Assembly: GCA_965603825.1 (NCBI GenBank)
Contig: CBFDEM010000063.1
Coordinates: 248,001 to 312,000, forward strand
DNA: 64,000 nt
Reading direction: 5' to 3'
DNA from: Blepharisma stoltei ATCC 30299
Lineage: Eukaryota; Protista; Ciliophora
A model generated the notes under the pieces. It had not been told where the DNA came from. It did no database searches and worked only from the letters and a program-made list of their open reading frames with translations. Of this stretch, positions 50,320 to 59,756 are shown one piece after another. The position numbers and the translations under genes were made by a program. Position 1 is the first letter of the stretch; each line of letters opens with the position of its first letter.

Positions 50320-53300
50320 ATGAAATCAAAAGACAGAATCAGAGTTTGCATCAGAAGCCGTCCTTTATTTTCTCAAGATTCAAAAGATGCTTTTATTTAC
50401 AGCTCTTCTTCAATCCAGTTAAAACAATCAATCTCTAATGTTCCTTCATCCTATACATTTGACAACGTATTTGATTCCCAAACAGCCACTTCTGAGGTTT
50501 ATGACACCGTCTGCAAAGAAATTATTGAAGGTGCAATAGAAGGCTACAATGGCACTATTTTAGCATATGGCCAAACAACCTCAGGCAAAACCCATACAAT
50601 TATCGGAAATCCTGAAAGTCCAGGAATTTTGTCCTTGACTTTTATTGATATTTTTAATATCATTCAAAGCAAAAGGAGAGAATTCACTATTTTAGTCTCT
50701 TATTTAGAGGTTTATAACGAAATTATCAATGATTTGTTAGATCCTGGGTCAATTAATTTGAGAATCAGAGAAGACCCGACTGAAGGATATTTTGTATCAG
50801 GATTAAAGCAGCTGGTGGTGAGAAACCCAAAAGAAGCAGTCGAAATATTGGAATTTGGAGAAAAACAAAGGAGATATAGAGCCACAAATATACATGAACA
50901 TTCATCAAGGTCACATACAGTATTTAGAATTTTAATAGAAAGCAAAGATATAGATGGGCTGATTGATGATGGGAATGAAATCAGGATTAAAGGGAATATG
51001 AGATTTTCTGTTCTAAATCTAGTAGATCTTGCTGGGTCAGAAAGAATTGGAGATGTTGGGAACACTGATACTTCAGAAACTTCTCATATAAATAAAAGTT
51101 TATTTGTATTAGCAAATGTAATAAACAAGCTCGCTGATAACCCTAATGCCCACATACCATTTAGAGATAGCAAGTTGACGAGAATATTAAGCAATTCCTT
51201 AGGAGGGAATGCTTTAACTGCAATTATTTGTACAATAGCACCAGAAATAAACAACGTCCAATTAAGCATATCGACCTTAAGATTTGCTACAAGGGCTAAA
51301 TCTATCAAAAATCAGCCAATTATCAATGAAGTCATAGACGATTCTAAGCTAATCACAGGCTATAAAAACAAAATAGCTAGACTTGAAGCTCAAATTTCTT
51401 CAATTATTACAAGCAAAGATAAAGAGATAAGCAAGCTTAAAGAAGAAAATGCGAAATTAAGAGAATTATCTATGAATACCCCTGAAAAGCAAGATAAAGA
51501 GCAGGTTATTAAATTTGTGAATGTAAGTGAGCAAGAGTTTTATGAGAAGTATAAAGAGTTGCAAAAGAATTTCAATATACAGATTTCGATAAAGCATTCA
51601 CTTATGAAGGAATTAGGCGATATAAAAGAGTTAGGAATAATAGGATTTGACATTCAAAAACGAAAATTTGATAAAGAAAATACCAAAGAAGTCGCTGAAC
51701 TATCAAGCTGAGAATCAGAATGCTTAAAGCTAAGGAATAATTATTTGATCGAATTAGCGGCACTTGATGAAAATTATTGGGATCATTTAAGTGAGCTTTT
51801 CGCAAGACTTAGAGGAAATAAAACTTCTCAAGACAGAAAACCTCCTATCAAAACAGAAGCAAAATCTAGGCCCACCACCAATGTGCAGCCTAAAAGATCA
51901 AGACCGATTTCTCAAGAAAACGTCAGAATCCGCTATAAGGTTGGAAATACTTATAAAAACCAGTCCCCAACTTCTCTTAACCCAGCCAAAAAAGACACTC
52001 CAAGATCAAGTCAAAAAGTCATGACTCCGATTCCTTCTAACTCCTCTGAGAACCGAAATGCCTACCCCAGTCCGTTTAAGCTTGTATGTGAAGACCTTGC
52101 AGACACCCCAAAGCCTACTAATGTTCGCAAATCTACAGATGACCCTTCCTCATTACCAAGAAAAGCTATAACTCTAGAATCCGAATCTTCATCTGACGAA
52201 GTAGCTTTGAACTCTGAAGAAGAACAAAAATACAACCCTCCTCCTAATTTATCTCCACCTACCGAATCAATAAATTCTGTACCCTCAGACCTAAAGCAAG
52301 GCGGGAATGTGATTTTATTTGGCATGAACCGAGATGGCAGCTGTGCAGGCAAAAACAAATACCCGAACTCGAGCTATAATTACCTTGAGCATGAATATTC
52401 AGAAATAATCTCTGGGTATTATCATAACGCAGTCATCGATAAGCAAGGAGTACTGAGGATGTTTGGAAATGGAAACTTAGGTCAGTTAGGAAACGTAAAT
52501 TTAAATTCAACATTTACCCCTCAGCTTGTAAGCCACCCTTTAAGAGAAGTCCCTATAAGCATGGTAGCTTGTGGATGGCTACATACAATTTGTGTAACCA
52601 AAACAGGACAGGTTTTTACATGGGGCTTCAATGGAGATGGACAGCTTGGCTTAGGCGATTTTTATGACAGATCTTGACCTGTTATGGTTAATGATATGGA
52701 CTCAGTAAATTATGTAGCAGCTGGGTACTTGCACTCAGCTTGTATAAAAAACGGAGAACTTTATATGTGGGGTGCGAATCCTGATGGGAGACTATTTAAG
52801 CAGCCTATGCAGATCAAGCATAAAGTATTTAGAAAAGAAAGAAGCCCTATAAAAATTGTTGAAATTAGTAATGTTGTAGAAATTGCTTTAGGGGTTTCAC
52901 ATTCTTTAGCACTAACTTCTAATGGAGATGTGTATACATGTGGAAGCACTGATCACGGGCAGCTTGGGATGGGGGCAAATTATGAAGTGTATTCAGCACT
53001 ATTTAAAATTCCACTGTTTGGCTATATGATAAAAGCAGCAAAAATTAAGTGTGGAGATGGATATTCAGCAATTTTGGACTCACAAAAGCATTTATATACT
53101 TTTGGAAAAGGAACGTATGGAAGACTAGGCTTAGGACACGACATGGACGTCCTCACCCCAGAGCTTGTCTCTAAAACCCTCCAATTCATTGACATATCAT
53201 GTGGAGGAAGACATATGATGGGAATCGACATAAATGGGGAAACCTATGCATGGGGTTATGGCTTTTATTTCCAGCTAGGCACGATGTCTCAAGAAGATAG

Positions 53301-53397
53301 TATGGTCCCCATCTGCATAAATCTAAGTTCAACCTCAGGTAGATGGGCAGGTAAAATTTCCTGCGGGTATTATCATTCTGCTATTCAAACCTTATAA
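50320..53397 (+). CDS. Kinesin (kinesin-7/CENP-E-like motor) + coiled coil + Pro/Ser-rich linker + C-terminal RCC1 repeats, ~1025 aa
   Basis: Motor motifs AYGQTTSGKTHT, SSRSH, LVDLAGSE and HIPFRDSKLTRIL. RCC1 motifs VACGWLHT, TWGFNGDGQLGLG and ISCGGRH. The three listed ORFs share one frame and are separated only by TGA (51709, 52675). Confidence 0.8.
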
Positions 53398-53428
53398 AAT
53401 ATTTTAAAATCTATAAATATTAACATCA

Positions 53429-54421
53429 ATGGTAGAGTGTAAAATGAAGGGAACTAATATGAGGACTGTACCGTACCTAGGGATTTATAATAGCGATCGA
53501 TACTTCATTTTGAATAATGACACAGTGATCGATGAAATTCATGGCGATTTGCCTAGAATTCTAGCAGAAAATTTAGTAAGGATTAGTGATCAGATAAAAA
53601 ATGCTGATGAAGTGGAGTATTACACGATAGTTCATGATGGGAAAGAGCTGAAATATTCATACCCTAGTGAAGTTATTATGAATTTAGTAATGCATCCTTA
53701 TGTTTTTTATAATATACACCCAGGTGCAGACTGCAAAACAGAAATAAAATGCGGACTTTATCTACCAGATAGCGAAATTGCTAATAAAGGAATAAAAAAT
53801 GCAGACCATGATTGGCTCTGTATAGACCCAAATATCTTAAACTCTAATTTATTTCTGCATTATCACCCAGGCGCTGACGAATCTATTTGCTTTTCGCCAA
53901 ATAATGGTAGAATAAGATTTTTGACGACCTTCCCTGCTCATGTATTTTTTACATTATCTATGATTCCTTTTGGAGATAAATATCCAAGAATCTTGATATG
54001 TAAGCATGTTTTACTGATTGATGACTCAGTGATGGGGCTAAATATCGCAAATTTAGCCTTAAATGGAATTCCAGAAATAAAAGATGATGCTATTAAAGGG
54101 GTTGTCCAAAGATTTTGTAATTGTTTACCAGAATATACAGAAGAGTTCAGCGATATCGACAGAATAATCGAGCTTGTCTATAGCAGAAAGGAAAATTTTG
54201 AGCAAGTAAAAGAGTTTTGGTATGGAAGACTTTTTTATTATATATGGAAATTAGATGGGATGAAAGGAGATATGAATTATGGGAGAAATGAATATAAAAA
54301 GCTTTTAGATAAGAGCAAGCAGATTGGCAAAAACGAAGACGGAAATTTTGCTACTGAAGCACTAATTAGATATACTGAAGAGCTTATAAAGCATATCATT
54401 TATTGGCTGGAAGACATCTAA
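53429..54421 (+). CDS. Hypothetical protein (330 aa)
   Basis: Uninterrupted ORF ending TAA, with globular-looking composition. No family recognised. Confidence 0.75.
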   Translation: MVECKMKGTNMRTVPYLGIYNSDRYFILNNDTVIDEIHGDLPRILAENLVRISDQIKNADEVEYYTIVHDGKELKYSYPSEVIMNLVMHPYVFYNIHPGADCKTEIKCGLYLPDSEIANKGIKNADHDWLCIDPNILNSNLFLHYHPGADESICFSPNNGRIRFLTTFPAHVFFTLSMIPFGDKYPRILICKHVLLIDDSVMGLNIANLALNGIPEIKDDAIKGVVQRFCNCLPEYTEEFSDIDRIIELVYSRKENFEQVKEFWYGRLFYYIWKLDGMKGDMNYGRNEYKKLLDKSKQIGKNEDGNFATEALIRYTEELIKHIIYWLEDI

Positions 54422-54557
54422 TAAGTCATTGCTTTTCATTATTTTTATAATAAACTCTCAGTCACTTTATTTTATATTCAAAACGCATATTTTTAAGATT
54501 TCTTTAAGACATAAAACATTAAAGATTTGGTAATTCTGAGAAAGTTATATAGAAAAT

Positions 54558-55421
54558 ATGGGCTGCATTGTGCAATGTATCAATAAACCAAAAAAAGAAG
54601 TCCAAATTAAGTCGGACTTCGAGCCACTTGAAGAGAAATTAACTGCAGCTGAATATAAAGATAAAGGAAACGAATATTTTAAGGCAGGAAATTACCAAGA
54701 AGCAATTATAATGTATACAAAAGCGATCAAGATATCTCCAGATATCCCGATTTTGTATACAAATAGAGGGCTGAGTTATATGCAGACAAATGCTTATGAG
54801 CTAGCTTATAATGATGGTAGAGCCGCCGTAAAATTAGACCCCAGCAGCTTAAAGGCAATTCTTATCTGCAGCAGATCTAAAGCAAATATTGGTAAAAAAG
54901 GGTCATTACCTGATTTAGAAAAAGGATTGGAGCTTGCTAAGCTTGCTTATAAATTAAGCGAATCGGAAAGCAGCCCAGAGAATAAAAAATACTGCCAGGA
55001 TTTGGTTTCAAATATTCAGATAATGTATGAGATTACACAAATGAATTTAATACAAAAAGAAGCTGAAGGTCTGAAAGAGTATTATTCTGGAATTTTGAAA
55101 GACAACAAAAGCATTGAATTGTTGAATAAGCATTTAGTTGCAAAAAAAATCGAGGAAATTCCAAGCTTTTCTTGCACTTTGACTATGGAAGTGTATAATG
55201 CCCCATATGTAACGATTGCTGGATTTTCGTATGAGAAAGATCTGCTGTTGAAGCACATAGACAAAAATGGATGTATAGACCCTTTATCTAGGCAATGGTT
55301 TCATATAGATACTTTAATGCCAAATTTCGCTTTAGCAAGAGGCTCTGAGTGGTATAAGAATACAAGGCCATGGCTTAAGTTTGCAGATAGTCTAGATTTA
55401 GCTATAAATAAAATAATTTAG
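54558..55421 (+). CDS. TPR + U-box E3 ubiquitin ligase (CHIP/STUB1-like)
   Basis: TPR AEYKDKGNEYFKAGNYQEAIIMYTKAI...YTNRGL, and U-box FSCTLTMEV..PYVT.AG.SYEK..L..H.....DPLSR......LMPN.AL. Confidence 0.85.
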   Translation: MGCIVQCINKPKKEVQIKSDFEPLEEKLTAAEYKDKGNEYFKAGNYQEAIIMYTKAIKISPDIPILYTNRGLSYMQTNAYELAYNDGRAAVKLDPSSLKAILICSRSKANIGKKGSLPDLEKGLELAKLAYKLSESESSPENKKYCQDLVSNIQIMYEITQMNLIQKEAEGLKEYYSGILKDNKSIELLNKHLVAKKIEEIPSFSCTLTMEVYNAPYVTIAGFSYEKDLLLKHIDKNGCIDPLSRQWFHIDTLMPNFALARGSEWYKNTRPWLKFADSLDLAINKII

Positions 55422-55511
55422 ATTGTAAAATTTTTATTTAATAAGATGCTTATCGATTAAAGGTTGTAAACATCCACCTTTTTTAACAATAAAAAATTAA
55501 TTGTCAGCATA

Positions 55512-56309
55512 ATGCGTAAGAACGGTTTCACATGCCCTCAGTATTTTTATCAAGGCACTTCAATTGGCCTATTTTTTATTGATGCTTTTTTGCCTGCGAT
55601 TATGTATTTTCCTAGTCTCAACGATTCTTCAAAAGTAATTTATATTTAGATTGAATTTTTACTCATTCATTATATCACACTATCGTGCGTATTATTTGCA
55701 GGACTTAAAGCTGCACTTATCAACCCAACTGATACATATGCAAAAATTTCTAAAGTGAGTCCTGATTTTAATTCAACCGCTTCATTTCAATCATTCACCC
55801 TATGCAATTCATGCAATTTACACGTAAAGACACAAAGCAGGCACTGCCACCAATGTAACAGATGTGTTGAAAATTTTGATCATCATTGCAAATGGCTAAA
55901 TAACGATATCGGATCTAAAAATTACATTTATTTTGTAATGCTTATCGCAATTTATACAATTTTCAGTGTAATGGTTTTGATATGACTTGCTTATCTAATT
56001 ATTTTTCATATATGAATAAAAATCAAAGGGATCACTACGTATGAATTTATTTTAAAGAAAAGAATAAAGAGGATAAGAAGCGACACCACATACAAGGCTG
56101 AAGAGATTACACCTGATGGAAAACTAGTGCCAGACCATTTTAATCAATTTATAGAAACAGCGCTAAATAATATGGGAACTGAGTTCCCTGATGGAGCTCA
56201 TCATTGTTCTATTATAGGAGAAATTTCGTTTGAAGAGTCAAATGATATATGTAATGACAATAATAACCCTATGGATGAGACTCCTGAGGTGACTATGAAC
56301 CAAGAATAA
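55512..56309 (+). CDS. DHHC palmitoyl acyltransferase; exons 55512-55634 and 55650-56309
   Basis: MRKNGF start, CNSC...[26 protein letters not shown] and ITTYEFI. The TM3-TM4 segment looks abnormally short. Confidence 0.82.
55635..55649 (+). other. 15-nt intron GTAATTTATATTTAG
   Basis: Joins exon 1 in frame to the DHHC ORF. A at position 10. In-frame TAG if retained. Confidence 0.85.
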
Positions 56310-56987
56310 GTCGTTTTGTTATAGCACACACAAATTAATGGATTAATTAATCAAAATTTTAGAATCCATAATAAAATTAGGTCTCTTAAAAATGCTGAAT
56401 TCTATATTTTGAATGACTTCCAACTAACTTATCTATTAGCCTAATGCATCATTTTTATTTTTCTAATCGGATTGAGTATCTAAAACAATTTGAATATTCT
56501 TAGAAATAAAGATTTATACGATTTAGTTTTTAGTATAGCATTTACATGAAAAATTCCTTAAAAATATCTAAATTAATAAGTTAGCAACTAAAGAAGGGCA
56601 ATAACAAATATATATATGTGAAATACTAGTTAGGTGTGCGATATAAGCGGGTTTTTTTCACAGAATCTATTTATAGATGATTTTTTAGTATAATTGTGAA
56701 GGTTTGCATGCTTTTGTGAAAAGAAGAGCTTTATTTTTATATAAAGATCATATTATTTTTTTATTTGCTATTAAGATGTTGCCTAAACATAATTATTGAA
56801 TGTCTAAGGTTTTAGTAACCTAAAACAGAAACTTTTACCAGAATCAAATAAAAATAATTGGATTGATTTTGGGAAATAAAAGAAATACGTTACAATTCTC
56901 ATAAAATAGACTTTCATTGACTATATAAATTAGTATTTAATTTTTTAAAATTAATTTGATTTTTCTTAGCTATTATAATATTTCGAC

Positions 56988-59096
56988 ATGGCAAAAGTCA
57001 TCCCAGAAACAAACAAAGAAATGTTCAACTCTTTACATCATGAAATAAGCCTATGAAAAGTACGTGCAAAAGAACTTCAAAAAGAAGAGCCTAGATTAAG
57101 AAATAGCCCTGAGTTTAAAGATATTAGATTTATTTTATTCCCTGATGACTCCTTTATGAATTATTGGAGATTTATTGTATTACTTTTGTTATTATACACA
57201 ATTACTATAACTCCTTATCGAGTGAGTTTTGTTGATGTAGATACCCTTGACTGGCAAATTGCAGATCTCTTTGTGGATGGACTGTATTTTATTGATGTTC
57301 TTATTAATTGTATTTTAGCTTATTATGATAACGATATGAATGTTATAATTTCTCACAAAAAAATTTTCCTCAATTATTTGACTGGCTGATTTTTTATTGA
57401 TTTATGCCCTTGCGTCCCGTTTGACATGATTATACAAGCATATAAAAATTATTCAGGATTAGTTAGATTAAGCAGACTCCCCAGGCTTTATAAACTCATA
57501 AAGCTAACAAAAATGATGCGTCTTAGCACTGTTGGAAAAGCAAAAAATAGAATCGCAATGTACATGAGCAATTTATTAAAAATTGATGCAGGCCTAGAAA
57601 GGTTTTTATGATTAATAATCACATTTATTATAAATATTCATCTTTTAGCCTGCTGCTGAGCATTTATAGGGAGATTTATGCTGTATGAAACTGATAAAAA
57701 TTGAATTATGCAAGGAGATTATCAAGATTTAAGCAATTTTGATTTATATATTTGTGCGGTTTATTGGTCTGTAACAACTTTAACGACTGCAGGATATGGA
57801 GATATCCATGCATGGAATAAATATGAAAGAATCATTTCCATTGGTGTTATGATTTGTGGCATTTTTATTTATTCTTTTTTCGTAAGCTCGCTCACAAATA
57901 TTGTAATTAGTAAGGATGATATTAATTGCAAGCTTGAGAGAAAGCGAGACATTATAAACAGTTTAGCAAAGCAGCATAACATAAGTCCAGAATTTTATCG
58001 TAAACTTATGGATGCTATTGAGTATAATCAAAAGCATGACAGAACAGATTTAGATGCTTTGATAGAAGATCTACCTATTAATCTCAGAACGCAACTTCTA
58101 ATTGTGATTTACAAACAATTTTTAGAAAATAATGCATTTTTCGAAGACAAGCAAGCCCATTTTGTCGCTTATATAGCGCCTCTTCTTAAGCCATATAAAG
58201 CTGAAGAAGGCGATCATATCTATAAAACAGGTGACCTTGCTACAGAAATTTATTTCATCATTAAAGGTGAGGTTGCAATGATAGTAGAGCCTGATGAGGA
58301 TACAAAGATCCCATTCAATTTTCTAAGTGAAGGCTATTACTTCGGAGAAACAGATCTTTTGATGAATGAAAACCACGAGCGCTCATTCAGTGTAAAAGCC
58401 TTAAAAAGGACTGAATTACTAGTTCTACCGAACGATGACTTTGAAAATGTTTTACAAAACTTTGAAGAAGAAGGATTAAGTATCCTTATGGCTGCAAAAG
58501 ATAGACAAAGCAGACTAAAAGAAAGAGCTGAGCAAGCAATAGAAGAATACAAATCTAAGAGCAGAATTAAACGATTTCAAAGCTTTCCTGTCCTGACTCC
58601 AGTATCAAAAAAAGAATTACTCAAAATTGTGAAAAAAATCCAAAAGGAGGAAGATGATAAAATTACTATAAATGAAGATTTTGAAAAAGCAGATTTAAAA
58701 GTAGAAAACGAGCTGCTAATTCCAACGGAAAATAAAGAAACAGATGCTTTGGAGTCATTGAGAAGTCAAGGCTCACCAAAGGGGGAATCTTTTAGCCAGG
58801 ATTCTCTGAAGCAAGGGTCAGTTAAAAGCCAATGATCACAAAAATCAAGATTTAATCTTGAATCGTTTAAAAGCCAAAGTAGCTCCCAGAGCTCATTATT
58901 CAAAAATAAGTCAATTTTTGACTCGATAATTCAGCAGAAATTTGGGGATAGCAGCTATAGTGAAGAAAAAATTGAAAAGAAATTGATAAAATTGGAAGAA
59001 AAGATAGAGAAGGTTAAAGAAGTCATTAAGACTTTGTGTAAACTGCAAGATTGCCAGTTACCTGATGAATTTTTGGAAGAAAATAGTCCAGAATAG
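56988..59096 (+). CDS. Cyclic-nucleotide-binding-domain K+ channel (KCNH/EAG-like), ~702 aa
   Basis: S1-S6 helices, S4 RLSRLPRLYKLIKL, pore YWSVTTLTTAGYGDI, CNBD IYFIIKGEV...GYYFGE...R..SVKA, and a C-terminal coiled coil. Single frame with TGA=Trp; TAG at 59094-59096. Confidence 0.9.
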
Positions 59097-59756
59097 CTCT
59101 GGAAGTTTAATATTATCGAGTTGGAGAGGCTTTAGTTTTGAAATTTTGTTAGTTTAATAAGTAACGTTATATAATCTATTAATAAAATGTATAAAATTAT
59201 TTTGGTGCTGGCGAAGTAATACCAATTAAAAGCTTTTCTATAGACTTTTATGAAGAAGTAAATTCTTAAAAATTAATTAGAATAAATATGCCTTTTTGAA
59301 GAATGAAGAATGAGGAATATTCGTTTTATGTCATTTTTAATAAAATTGGTAAAGTCACGTCTCAATATATGATACTTATAGAATCGATATAATATTGATA
59401 ATATTGGCTTAGTTCCCTTGCAGAGATATTATCCTCCTTCTGTCGTTAAACAAAGGCTGCGGCTTATTCACAAAAATTTATCTATTTTAAACAAATAGGG
59501 ATAAAAATATCGCCCACTTGGAGGAGAAACAATTTATCTAATCTTCTACTACAAAATTTGGCCTCATTCTTGCTTAAATATTACATCCACCTTAGAATCC
59601 CTTCACTCTCCAATTATTTTCTTATAAGATTCCTTTTTCTACACACTGCTACTTTTTCTTTCTACCAAAAATATTTTACTTTCCTTTATTATTCTATTTT
59701 CCTTTCCTAAATAAAACTTATTTTTTACACAATTTTCTTAACTTTCTTCAATATTC

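Noticed and set aside
59100-59756. Pyrimidine-skewed spacer as a hidden minus-strand gene or ncRNA
   Set aside because: The minus-strand frames I read hit TAA/TAG quickly, and I recognised no RNA family or structure.
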